Source: Akkermansia sp.
GTDB lineage: Bacteria > Verrucomicrobiota > Verrucomicrobiia > Limisphaerales > SIBH01
Reading direction: 5' to 3'
DNA length: 64,000 nt
Assembly: GCA_043757045.1 (NCBI GenBank)
Contig: JAYVQC010000135.1
Coordinates: forward strand, 11-64,010
Shown here piece by piece: positions 17,702 through 26,739 of the stretch. Numbering within the stretch: the first letter of the stretch is position 1; each line of letters opens with the position of its first letter. The position numbers and the translations under genes are program-made. The notes under the pieces were generated by a model. That model saw only the letters and a list, made by a program, of their open reading frames with translations, was not told the DNA's origin and did not search any database.

Positions 17702-17803
17702 AGGTCACGCCCCTGCTGTTTCAGACCCAAAAGCAACCCCCGTAACTGGCGTGCCGCTGTTGACTTGAGGTCACGCCCCTGCTGTTTCAGACCCAAAAGC
17801 AAC
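17702..17803. repeat. Two identical 36-nt direct repeats separated by a unique 30-nt spacer (CRISPR-like geometry; no cas genes in window)
   Basis: aggtcacgcccctgctgtttcagacccaaaagcaac at 17702-17737 and 17768-17803. The spacer ccccgtaactggcgtgccgctgttgacttg is at 17738-17767. Repeat 2 ends 7 nt before the ATG at 17811. Confidence 0.9.
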
Positions 17804-17810
17804 TAACCAC

Positions 17811-20108
17811 ATGAACTCAATGATTCTTCCCCGCTTCTGGTTGCCCCTGCTGTGCCTTTTTGCCTTTTGTTCTGCCGCCCGTCCGCAAGGCGTTGTTGAA
17901 AAAGCCCCGCCCCAACTGCTGGAGACCGCCCCGGCATTCGGCACATTCTTCCTGCTCGGGAACATTCCTTCGGTGCCGTATCCGTTCGATCCGTATCGTG
18001 GCACGCTGCCGGTCCATGCTTACGACGGCGTGTATTTCGTGGACAACACGACGGTGGAATTTTTCTTCGAGGGCGAAGGCGGCGGGATGATGATGTCGTC
18101 CATGAGCGGGCCGACGCCGCCCAGCTTTGGCGGCACGAACAGCAGCAGCAGCAACCTATGCTGTAACAGCCTAACCAACTTCACGGTGAACTACCTTACC
18201 ACCAATAGCCTCACGCTTGGCATCGCCCAGACCACCAATCCGTGGATTGCCCTGACCATCCAGCCAACGACAACGAACGCGAGCTACGACGTGTTCGGCA
18301 CCACGAACCTGGCGGAACTGGCGCTCCCCTCCCTGAGCCGGACCAACTGGACGTGGCTGACCCGCGCGCGCGGCGGCCCGACAAACTTCTCGTGGGGCCT
18401 CACCAACTGGTGCGAGCGATACTTCCAACTGGGCACGATGGAGGACGCGGACAACGACGGCCTCAGCACGGCGTACGAGCAACTCGTCGGCAAGACTTCC
18501 CCGACCAATGCCAACTCTCCCCAAGCCATTTACGAAGGCGTCATCCGCAAGCAAAGCCCGAACGGTTGGTTCAAGTTGAACGACGCCCAGTTGACCAACG
18601 CCATGGCTGGCCGGGCCTCGCTGACGAACGCGGGCGGCGGCTTCGAGAACGACGTGTTTGCCACCGCGTATGGCGCCTATTCGTTCGCCAACAGTTCGGA
18701 CCGGCTGGTGCTGGGTGAAATGGACGACCCTATCGGCGGCGGGACGAATGATGCCGTCACCCAGGGTTCCTTCACGCTCCTGTTCAAAACGCTGGCCATC
18801 CGGACCACGGCCAAGCGTTATTTGCTTTCGCAAGGGACGGCCAGCGCCAATGCCCTCGCGGTGTATTTTGACGGCACGAACAGCACGGACGCATCGTTGA
18901 CGGGAGCCTTGAGGGTGGGCGTCGGCCCGAACGAGCAGGCGATCCTGCTGGATACGAACCTCGTGCGCGAAGCGTGGTACTACCTGGCGGTGACCTGCGA
19001 TGAAACGCGGGGCAGCAACGAGGTCCGCTGGTTTCTGGGCCAGGTCGGCAGCCCGACGCTGTCATGCAACAGCTTCTCCTTGGGCCAGGCCAAAAAGTTT
19101 GGGACCAACGGCCCTATCTCTGTGGGCAACCGGGATGTCGCCGCGCCGACCGGCGCTTATCGCCAATCCGCGTCCATCAAAGGGGTCATTGATCAGGTCG
19201 CGTTCTGGGAGCGGGAGTTGACGGACACCGAGATCAACGCCCAGTTCAATGCGCTCCACGCCCTGAGCCAGGGGCCGTCCAAAGCGTTCGATCTCACTCG
19301 CTGGGAACTCACGCTGCCAGTGGATGAAACGAATCGGTTGGACAACACCCACAAGCCGTTCGACATCGGCACGGCGTGGTTGAACTCGGGCTTCAAGTAT
19401 GTGGACCCGACGAACGGGACGCAGAAGTATTTCTACCTGAGCAACGGCAACCAGATGGTGTTTGAAGCGCCGTGGAACGGGGCGGACCAGGACACGGCCA
19501 GTCCTGCGACCAGCTTGGGCAGCCCGCGCAGCGAGTTGCGCGAGACTTTGGCGAACGGAGATGAATTCAACTGGAAGCCCTACGACCCGACGAGCGGTGT
19601 CGCGACCAACACGCACACGCTCCAGGCCACCTGCCGCTTGGAGAGCGTGCCCAGCAAGATGATTTTTGGGCAGATTCATGCCGACGAACCCGTTCCAGCA
19701 GGCGGCGCGGTGCCCGCCGTCACGCTGTTCCACGAAGGCTCTGGCACCGCCAACAAACGCATCCGATTGACGGTCTATTACAGCCCGGACCGCTCGGTCA
19801 CCAATGCCGGGAGCCAGGACAAGACCTATGACATTGTGAGCGGCGTGAACCTGGGTGTTCGGATCGACTATGAGCTGAAGATAGTCGGCACCTCGAACGG
19901 CACTGTCACGCTCACGGCCACGGTTGCGACGAATGGCGTGCCACTGCCTCCGCAGCCCGTGGGAATGACATCGGATCTTGGATACTCCGGTTGGGCGGCG
20001 ACGAATGTGACCCTTTACTTCAAGGCTGGGTGCTACTATCCGAAAGCTGCTACCAACAGCGGCACCGCGAAGGTCACCTTCTCCAGCCTGACGGCTACTC
20101 ACCAGTAA
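17811..20108 (+). CDS. Secreted LamG (concanavalin A-like) domain + polysaccharide lyase family 7 (alginate lyase-like) protein
   Basis: 765 aa with a signal peptide. 'DADNDGLS' is a Ca-binding-like motif. The LamG-like region includes 'IDQVAFWERELTDTEI'. The C-terminal PL7 signature triad is 'PRSELRE', 'GQIHAD', 'YFKAGCYYP' (R.ELR / QIH / YFKAG.Y). Confidence 0.85.
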   Translation: MNSMILPRFWLPLLCLFAFCSAARPQGVVEKAPPQLLETAPAFGTFFLLGNIPSVPYPFDPYRGTLPVHAYDGVYFVDNTTVEFFFEGEGGGMMMSSMSGPTPPSFGGTNSSSSNLCCNSLTNFTVNYLTTNSLTLGIAQTTNPWIALTIQPTTTNASYDVFGTTNLAELALPSLSRTNWTWLTRARGGPTNFSWGLTNWCERYFQLGTMEDADNDGLSTAYEQLVGKTSPTNANSPQAIYEGVIRKQSPNGWFKLNDAQLTNAMAGRASLTNAGGGFENDVFATAYGAYSFANSSDRLVLGEMDDPIGGGTNDAVTQGSFTLLFKTLAIRTTAKRYLLSQGTASANALAVYFDGTNSTDASLTGALRVGVGPNEQAILLDTNLVREAWYYLAVTCDETRGSNEVRWFLGQVGSPTLSCNSFSLGQAKKFGTNGPISVGNRDVAAPTGAYRQSASIKGVIDQVAFWERELTDTEINAQFNALHALSQGPSKAFDLTRWELTLPVDETNRLDNTHKPFDIGTAWLNSGFKYVDPTNGTQKYFYLSNGNQMVFEAPWNGADQDTASPATSLGSPRSELRETLANGDEFNWKPYDPTSGVATNTHTLQATCRLESVPSKMIFGQIHADEPVPAGGAVPAVTLFHEGSGTANKRIRLTVYYSPDRSVTNAGSQDKTYDIVSGVNLGVRIDYELKIVGTSNGTVTLTATVATNGVPLPPQPVGMTSDLGYSGWAATNVTLYFKAGCYYPKAATNSGTAKVTFSSLTATHQ

Positions 20109-20160
20109 GTAATTCTGCCCAAATGAACAACTCATGGTTTTCGCTTAACATTCAAACCGC

Positions 20161-21768
20161 ATGAAAACGAAACTGCTCTTATTGTGCGCGACTGGTTTGC
20201 TGGTTGCGCTCACCCGAGCGCTTGCCGCCACGCTCTACGTGGATGCCGCCAGCACCAACGCCGTCCCGCCGTTCACGACCTGGGCCTCTGCCGCTGCGAC
20301 CATTCAGGACGCCGTAGATGCCGCCGTGGCGGGCGACGAAATCATCGTGACCAACGGCGTGTATCAGACCGGAGCGCGCGCAGTGTATGGCATGAGCAAC
20401 CGGGTGGCGGTGACCAAGCCGGTAACAGTGCAGAGTGTGAATGGGTCGGAGGTGACAAGTATTGTCGGCTCTGGGCCACACGGCGACAATGCGATCCGGT
20501 GCGCGTATCTGACCAACGGCGCGGTGCTGGCGGGCTTCACGCTGACCAATGGGGCGACGCAGAGGACCGATGAGCCGGAGGTGAACCCGGTCAGCACCGC
20601 CGGAGGAGGCGTGTGGTGCGAGTCCCAAGGCGCCGTGGTCACGAACTGTGTCCTCGCGGGCAATACGGCATTCGAGGGTGCTGGGGCTTACTCAGGCACG
20701 CTCAACAACTGCACGCTCACGGGCAATTCAGCTATCTCTACATTCTTTTACGCCAGCGGCGGCGGCACCTATGGGAGCACGCTGAACAATTGCACACTCA
20801 CAGGCAATTGGGCCGAACACGGCGGCGCGGCTTCGTTGAGCACGCTCAATAACTGCAGCGTCACCGGCAACGCGGCAGACGTGGGCGGCGGAGCATACGA
20901 CAGCACACTGAATAACTGCACGCTCACTGGCAATTACGGAAACACTGGCGGCGGGGCGGCGGGGAGCACGCTCAACAATTGCACACTCACGGACAATGGG
21001 GGAGGAGACTGGGGAGGAGACGGAGGCGGGGCTGCTTGGAGCACACTCAATAATTGCACGCTCGCGGGCAATGGGGGACGAGGAGGTGGAGGCGGGGCGA
21101 GCTATAGCACACTCAACAACTGCACACTCACGGGCAATTGGGCAGATCTCGGCGGTGGGGCGTACTTGAGCACGCTGAGTAACTGCACGGTCACGGGAAA
21201 TTTAGCACTTGGGGACGATGGCAGCGGCGGCGGCGCATACTGGAGCACGCTCAACAACTGCATCGTCTATTACAACAGATCCGACAATAGCTTCGTGGAT
21301 GATGCTAATTACTCCAACGGCGTGCTCAACTATTCCTGCACCACACCTGACCCTGGGAACGGAGTTGGGAACATCACCACTGCACCGCTGTTCGTGGGCA
21401 CCAACGGCTGGAGCAATCTGCGGCTCCAATCCAACTCTCCCTGCATCAACGCCGGCAACAATGCCTACGTCACCAGCGTCACCGACCTGGACGGCAACCC
21501 GCGCATCGTCAATGGCACCGTCGATATGGGGGCGTTCGAGTGGCAGGTGCCCGCGCAGTTCAAGGCGTTCGCGCGCCCCGGCACCAACGGCCTGGCCCTG
21601 AGCCTCACCGGCGAGAGCAATCGCGTCTATGCCGTGCAAGCCAGCTCCAACCTGACGACCTGGTTCCCCCTCGGCCTGTTCACCAACGCCCAAGGTGCCG
21701 CCCCACTCGTTGACGTGCTTTCGCCGCGTCCGCCGACCCGCTTCTACCGCGCCCAGCCCGTGCCTTAA
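20161..21768 (+). CDS. Right-handed parallel beta-helix protein (choice-of-anchor Q-like)
   Basis: 535 aa with a signal peptide. There are about 10 tandem 'STLNNCTLTGN' beta-helix rungs. The C-terminal 'SSNLTTWFPL...RFYRAQPVP' module also occurs in the island proteins. Confidence 0.8.
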   Translation: MKTKLLLLCATGLLVALTRALAATLYVDAASTNAVPPFTTWASAAATIQDAVDAAVAGDEIIVTNGVYQTGARAVYGMSNRVAVTKPVTVQSVNGSEVTSIVGSGPHGDNAIRCAYLTNGAVLAGFTLTNGATQRTDEPEVNPVSTAGGGVWCESQGAVVTNCVLAGNTAFEGAGAYSGTLNNCTLTGNSAISTFFYASGGGTYGSTLNNCTLTGNWAEHGGAASLSTLNNCSVTGNAADVGGGAYDSTLNNCTLTGNYGNTGGGAAGSTLNNCTLTDNGGGDWGGDGGGAAWSTLNNCTLAGNGGRGGGGGASYSTLNNCTLTGNWADLGGGAYLSTLSNCTVTGNLALGDDGSGGGAYWSTLNNCIVYYNRSDNSFVDDANYSNGVLNYSCTTPDPGNGVGNITTAPLFVGTNGWSNLRLQSNSPCINAGNNAYVTSVTDLDGNPRIVNGTVDMGAFEWQVPAQFKAFARPGTNGLALSLTGESNRVYAVQASSNLTTWFPLGLFTNAQGAAPLVDVLSPRPPTRFYRAQPVP

Positions 21769-21774
21769 CTTCCC

Positions 21775-22041
21775 GTGTGGCAAGAGCAGTCCGAGCAACT
21801 TTTCCTCGGGCGTTCACCGGCGTCACCTGTCCTGGCGGGCTACGACATCACGCAGATCGGTTTCCGCGTGAACAACTTCTACGACTACTTCGATGTGCAG
21901 GAGGACAGATACTTCCGGCAGTTGGACTACTCCTTGGATTTCTACGGCGCGGCGGTGCCTGAACCCAGCACCTGGGCCTTGCTGGGGCTGGGTGGTGCCA
22001 CCGCCTTGCTGTTCGGCAGAAAAGCTCGCAGGCGTGGCTGA
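21775..22041 (+). CDS. PEP-CTERM sorting-domain fragment without signal peptide (possibly the detached tail of the upstream gene)
   Basis: 88-aa GTG-start ORF ending 'VPEPSTWALLGLGGATALLFGRKARRRG'. It is in the same reading frame as 20161..21768, separated only by TAA (21766-21768) plus two codons. Confidence 0.45.
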   Translation: MWQEQSEQLFLGRSPASPVLAGYDITQIGFRVNNFYDYFDVQEDRYFRQLDYSLDFYGAAVPEPSTWALLGLGGATALLFGRKARRRG

Positions 22042-22086
22042 TTCGCATGGAGGCTGCTCATCACGTTCCTCCTCACCTCAGTCGCG

Positions 22087-22185
22087 GTGCTCAACCGCAT
22101 CCTCTGGCACGCCATGAAAGGCAGCGCCGCGCCGTACCCCGTCTGGGCCGTGCGCGCGGTGGAGGATGACGATGATGATGACTGA
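22087..22185 (+). pseudogene. Orphan duplicate of the last ~32 codons of the phosphoesterase gene
   Basis: Would encode 'VLNRILWHAMKGSAAPYPVWAVRAVEDDDDDD*'. The frame is closed by TGA at 22039 with no start codon in between, so it is a non-functional remnant. Confidence 0.8.
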
Positions 22186-22201
22186 ATCTCAGTCCCGACG
22201 G

Positions 22202-24490
22202 TTATTTGCGCCGGGGCGCGGCGAGGAGGTAGCGGTAAGCCACCAGGGCCGTGAGCAGACCGGCCGCACCGAGAATGAGCACGAAGGGTTTGCGCGGGAC
22301 GAGGTTCAGATCCATCAGCAGGTAGCTGCCGAGGGCCACGCCGCCGAGCGCGCCGACGAGCAGCCGCCAGCGCGAACGCCACGGGCCGAGCACCAGCAAC
22401 AGCGCCACGGCGGCAAGGTAGAGGCTCACGTCGCCGAACACGCGTGGGTCAGCACGATGGCTTTGCGCGTTTTGGTAGAGGCCGCCGAGCAGGTGCATGA
22501 TGGCGATGCCTTCCAGCACCCGGCTGCCCCGGCGCAGGTCGAGACTGCGCGCGTTTTCCGTGACCAGCATGAGGGCGAGAAAGAGCGCGCCATTGAGCGC
22601 GAAGGAGAGGCATTGCTGCCGTTCCTCATCCAGCCACGGCGAGAATTTTTCGTCGAGTCCGAGCATGGCGAGCGTGGGTCCGTGGCCCGCCATCACGTCG
22701 AGCGCGGCCACGAGCACGAGCAGCGCGACGAGGTGAAACGGCAGCGCCCAGCGCACACGCCCGGCGCGTTCGAATTGCAGCGCGACTCCTGAGAACATGA
22801 CCAGCGGCAGGAGCCAGAGCGCCTGGATTTCCGGCGTCTGCTGGAGCCAGTTCCATTGCAGCAGGACGCCGAAATACGTCGCCACGCCCAGCAGGCATGT
22901 GGTCCACGCGAAGCCGGTCATGCGCAGGCGCGCCAGCGCGAAGATCGAGAGCACCAGCCCGGTGAGGCAGGCGGCGAGCAACTGTTGATTGGTGAAGCTG
23001 GCGTCGAAGAGCTGCCTCATTCCATCCGCAGGTTGCGCGAACAGTTTCATCTCCGGCAGCAAGGCCAGCGCCGTCGGCACCACGGACAAAACTGCGCCCG
23101 CGAGAAACGCCGCCGAGGCCAGCGCCTCCTTGCGCCAGGCCGCGAGCCAGCCCACGGCCAGCAACGCGCCCGTCCCGCCCAGCGGCAGCAGCCAGCGCAT
23201 GAGCGGCGACATCTCCGCGCGCACCAGCCACACGAGCAGCGCGGCGGCGATGACCACGACCCAGGTGCTGGTGTAGAGAACCGTCTGCGCGAGCGTGAGT
23301 CGGCGCGCATCAATCAGCCAGTGGTCTTCGTCCGCGAGAATGCGGCGGTGGACGACTTCCAGGCGGTCGCGTTCGTCCGCCGAGATCATGCCCTGATGCT
23401 CCCAGTTGCTCAGGTCGTGCGAGTACTCGGTGATGCGACGGCGCAGGATGTCACCATAGAGCGCCGGGCGCAGCCGTGCCGGTTCGCCCGCGAGAAATCT
23501 TCCGAGATCGAGCGCCACTTCCTCCGCGCTCGGACGCGCCTTCGGATCGGTGGCGAAGCACGCAAGGCAGATGGCTTGCAAGTCGGCGGGCACGTCCAGC
23601 GCCACATCGCGCAGGAACGGCGGCGGGCGCGTGCAGATCGCTTCGAGCACTTCGGCCGCGCTCTCGCCGTGGAACGGCGTGCGGCCGGTGAGCACTTTGA
23701 ACATCAGGCTGCCGAAGGAAAAAACATCCGACGCGCCGGACAGCGTTCGTCCGCTGGCCTGCTCGGGCGAGGCATAAAGTGGCGTGCCTTCAAAATGGCT
23801 GCGTGTGCGGTCACCTTCCTCGGCGGAAATGGCGATGCCGAAATCCAGCACCACCGGCTTCATCGCGGGCGTGACCAGCACATTGGCGGGCTTGAGGTCG
23901 CGATGAATAATCCCGCGCCGATGCGCGGCGGCGAGCGCGCGGGCGATCTCCTGAAGAATGCGCGCCTTCTGCTCGAAGGTCAGGCTGGCCGTGAATTGAT
24001 CGATGGGGAAGCCCTCGATCAGTTCCATCACGATGGCCGGCGGCTCGTGCTCATCGAGGACGGAGTGGACGGTGACGACGGCGGGATCGCGCAGCGCGGC
24101 GGTCTTGCGCGCCTCGTCGAGAATGCGGCGGCGCAGGTCGGCGTCCGGCACGGTGTGCAGAATCTTGAGCGCGACGCGGCGCTGGAGTTTTTCATCGAAC
24201 GCCTCGTACACCGCGCCGAGACCGCCACGCCCGAGGCAGCGCACGATTTTGAAACCGGCAATCTTCGGAGGTGCGGCCGCGGCTTCCGCGTCGCGCGGCC
24301 GGGCGGCGGAGATGCGAACGGTCGGCGCGGCCAGAAATTCCCCGGAGGCGTCGTTCGCGCGCAAAAGGGATTCCACCTCGCGCCGCAGAGCCGCGTCACC
24401 CGTGCAGGCTGCGTCGAGATGGCGCGCGCGTTCGTCTGGCGACGTCAGTTCCAGCGCGCGCGCAAAAATGTCCTCGATGGCTTCGCTCAT
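22202..24490 (-). CDS. Serine/threonine protein kinase with large C-terminal polytopic membrane domain
   Basis: ORF 22202..24535 (TTG). I prefer the ATG at 24490 ('MSEAIEDIFARALEL...'). Hanks motifs 'GRGGLGAVYEA', 'ALKIL', 'HRDLKPANVL', 'DFG', 'SPEQ'. About 450 C-terminal residues hold many TM helices. Confidence 0.85.
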   Translation of the reverse strand: MSEAIEDIFARALELTSPDERARHLDAACTGDAALRREVESLLRANDASGEFLAAPTVRISAARPRDAEAAAAPPKIAGFKIVRCLGRGGLGAVYEAFDEKLQRRVALKILHTVPDADLRRRILDEARKTAALRDPAVVTVHSVLDEHEPPAIVMELIEGFPIDQFTASLTFEQKARILQEIARALAAAHRRGIIHRDLKPANVLVTPAMKPVVLDFGIAISAEEGDRTRSHFEGTPLYASPEQASGRTLSGASDVFSFGSLMFKVLTGRTPFHGESAAEVLEAICTRPPPFLRDVALDVPADLQAICLACFATDPKARPSAEEVALDLGRFLAGEPARLRPALYGDILRRRITEYSHDLSNWEHQGMISADERDRLEVVHRRILADEDHWLIDARRLTLAQTVLYTSTWVVVIAAALLVWLVRAEMSPLMRWLLPLGGTGALLAVGWLAAWRKEALASAAFLAGAVLSVVPTALALLPEMKLFAQPADGMRQLFDASFTNQQLLAACLTGLVLSIFALARLRMTGFAWTTCLLGVATYFGVLLQWNWLQQTPEIQALWLLPLVMFSGVALQFERAGRVRWALPFHLVALLVLVAALDVMAGHGPTLAMLGLDEKFSPWLDEERQQCLSFALNGALFLALMLVTENARSLDLRRGSRVLEGIAIMHLLGGLYQNAQSHRADPRVFGDVSLYLAAVALLLVLGPWRSRWRLLVGALGGVALGSYLLMDLNLVPRKPFVLILGAAGLLTALVAYRYLLAAPRRK

Positions 24491-24644
24491 GCCTTCGCCG
24501 CAGTGCGTAAGATTTTTGATCCGTTCCGTCTGCAAATTACGCTCTGATCGGTGAAGGGATTAAACCGCCATCGGGAGATGGGAGGGAGAACAAAGTTGCC
24601 CAATGAAGCCGCCGGAGCGAATCCGGCCCAACGAAAGAAAGATT

Positions 24645-25220
24645 ATGAAACTGAAAACAAGCGGACTGTTGCTGGTGACGCTGCTGCTCGCGGGCTGCTG
24701 GCAGAAATCGGCGAACCCGTTCTACACCGCGAAAGACCTGGTGGCGGAACCGAAACTCGCTGGCGCCTGGACTGGGCAAAAAAGCGACGACAACGAAAAC
24801 AAAATGACGTGGACGTTCCACAACGCGACCAACCTGCGCCACGATTTGACCATCCTCGACGACCAGGAAAAACATGAGTATGTCGCGCACGTCTTCCGGC
24901 TCGATGGCGCGCGTTACCTCGATCTGCTCGGTGCGCGCCCGCGCGAAGTCAGCACCATGCCCGTGCATCATCTGTTCAAGCTGGAAGAAGTGGGCGAGAA
25001 GCTGAAGCTCGCCCCGTTGAACATAGACTGGGTGCAAAAGTGGCTGGCCAAAAACCCCGACACCCTGGCCCACGTCGCCATCGAGGATCCCGATCAGCGC
25101 GATGATCGGGGCAGCGACGAACTGGTCCTGACCGCTGACCCGAAGGCACTACAAAGTTTCCTTCGCACCCACGCGAAGGACGAGGAGTTCTGGGGAAAGA
25201 CCCTGAGCTTCGGACGGTGA
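24645..25220 (+). CDS. Lipoprotein, hypothetical
   Basis: ATG at 24645 gives 'MKLKTSGLLLVTLLLAGC' (lipobox LAGC). No family recognised. Confidence 0.6.
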   Translation: MKLKTSGLLLVTLLLAGCWQKSANPFYTAKDLVAEPKLAGAWTGQKSDDNENKMTWTFHNATNLRHDLTILDDQEKHEYVAHVFRLDGARYLDLLGARPREVSTMPVHHLFKLEEVGEKLKLAPLNIDWVQKWLAKNPDTLAHVAIEDPDQRDDRGSDELVLTADPKALQSFLRTHAKDEEFWGKTLSFGR

Positions 25221-25273
25221 AGTGTGGTGGCGGCCTCAATCCGTTCAGATCTGGTCTGAAAATCAGCCTGGGT

Positions 25274-25408
25274 GGCACAGGCCACTGGCCTGTGCCGCCG
25301 GGCTACCAGCCCGGCGGAAGGGTGAGGGCCGCGAGAGACAGACCGGGGTGAATCCATCACTCCCATTCCGCTGGGCAGGTTGCCCAGCGGCACGGGCTGG
25401 TAGCCCGT
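25274..25408. repeat. REP-like hairpin cluster (family C)
   Basis: ggcacaggcCACTgcctgtgcc, gccgggctACCagcccggc, ccgctgggcaGGTtgcccagcgg, acgggctGGTagcccgt. Closely related units occur at 30484-30521, 30578-30612 and 7235-7277. Confidence 0.85.
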
Positions 25409-25447
25409 TCCACCCTTTTTCAGACTGGCGCTCAGGGTTAGGGCCAC

Positions 25448-26731
25448 TTAATTCGCCGCCGACCACGCGGGCGGATTCTTCAGACGGTAGAGCATCTCGC
25501 CCGCCTTCGGCACGAGCAGCACGCCTTCGTCTTCGCGATTCGCGAAGTCATCGGGATTGATCGTCGCCGGGTCGCGGTAGCCGAGGTTGATGCTCTCGCA
25601 CAACTCGCGCGAGAGGCCCGTCGCGAGCGTCACTTTCACCCGGCATTTCTCAACGCCGTTTTCGTACGTGCCGATGCCGCGCACATGCGTCGAGTGCGCG
25701 AGCACGCCCCACGGGTAATGTTTGAACTTATCCCACTGCTTGAGGAAGTAGTCGCGGCAATGGTAGCCAACCGCCCTGATCGTCTGGCCGTGCGCGACGC
25801 AGACTTCGGTGATGTGCGGCGCGTAGATGATCAACTCGCCGCCATCCGCGACGACCGGCTCCAGTTTGTACATGCCTTTGCCGCCGACCCAAAGCTCGTC
25901 ATACATCTTCGGCAGCACGGAGAGCACGGTGTGGTAGGGGTGATCCTTGTAGATGATGTGCGTCTGTTTCGAGAGTTCGCTCGCGGCGTCCCACGCGGCC
26001 TCGGGCGTGCCGGTGAACAGTCCGGCCAGCGACTTGTCCGGGCGCACCACCATCGCGAGGCAGAGCTTCGGCACCGTGACCATCGAGCCGGCGCGGTCCA
26101 CGACGCGGCGCACGGGCGTCCACTTGCTGCCAATGATCATCGGGTTCGTGACCACGCCGCCGAGCCAGTGGAAGAAATTCAAAATCTGCGGCCCGCCCAC
26201 GCCGGGGAAGAGATACTTGTTGCCGCCGCTGAACCCCACGACTTCATGCGGGAACACCGGACCGATGATGATCAACTGGTCGTAATCGAAAACGCGTTTG
26301 TTGATTTCGACCGGCACGTCCATGGAGAACAAGCCGCCGGAGAGTTCGCTGATCTCGCTGGCGGGAATGGTGCCGATGTTTTTCAGCGCGGCGGGATTGT
26401 CCCACTCGTGGTTGAAGAATTGAACCTTGGCGTAAGTGCTGCGCCGTTCTTCGGGCGAAATTTCCAGCCGTTCGCAGATGGCCTCCTCGCTCATCGGCTG
26501 ATGCGTGCCGAGCGCGACGAGGATGTCCATCGCCTGCACCGCGCCGCCGACTTGGGCGAACAGCATCTTGAACATCAGCCCCACCGGCGCGGTGCGCGTG
26601 CCGTCGGGGATGATGAGCAGGACGCGCTTCCCGGCGTAGCTCGCGGCCGGGCAGGTTTGCGCGATGACGGCGGCGACATCCGCCGTCGTGACGTTTTTGT
26701 TTCCACCAGTGGATTGGGCGATGAGTGACAT
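25448..26731 (-). CDS. Lactate racemase (LarA)-like domain protein (DUF2088 family)
   Basis: ATG at 26731 ('MSLIAQSTGG...'). 'LLIIPDGTRTAP', 'LVALGTHQPM' and 'FPHEVVGFSGGNKYLFPG' correspond to conserved LarA N-terminal / nickel-pincer-site motifs. Confidence 0.75.
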   Translation of the reverse strand: MSLIAQSTGGNKNVTTADVAAVIAQTCPAASYAGKRVLLIIPDGTRTAPVGLMFKMLFAQVGGAVQAMDILVALGTHQPMSEEAICERLEISPEERRSTYAKVQFFNHEWDNPAALKNIGTIPASEISELSGGLFSMDVPVEINKRVFDYDQLIIIGPVFPHEVVGFSGGNKYLFPGVGGPQILNFFHWLGGVVTNPMIIGSKWTPVRRVVDRAGSMVTVPKLCLAMVVRPDKSLAGLFTGTPEAAWDAASELSKQTHIIYKDHPYHTVLSVLPKMYDELWVGGKGMYKLEPVVADGGELIIYAPHITEVCVAHGQTIRAVGYHCRDYFLKQWDKFKHYPWGVLAHSTHVRGIGTYENGVEKCRVKVTLATGLSRELCESINLGYRDPATINPDDFANREDEGVLLVPKAGEMLYRLKNPPAWSAAN

Positions 26732-26739
26732 GGGAAAAA

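Noticed and set aside
17702..17803. Calling this a bona fide CRISPR array
   Set aside because: There are only two repeats and one spacer, no cas gene in 64 kb, and it abuts a start codon. It is kept as a repeat feature and a finding but not annotated as CRISPR.
22856..24547. 563-aa + strand ORF
   Set aside because: It is antisense to the Ser/Thr kinase gene, which has unambiguous Hanks motifs.
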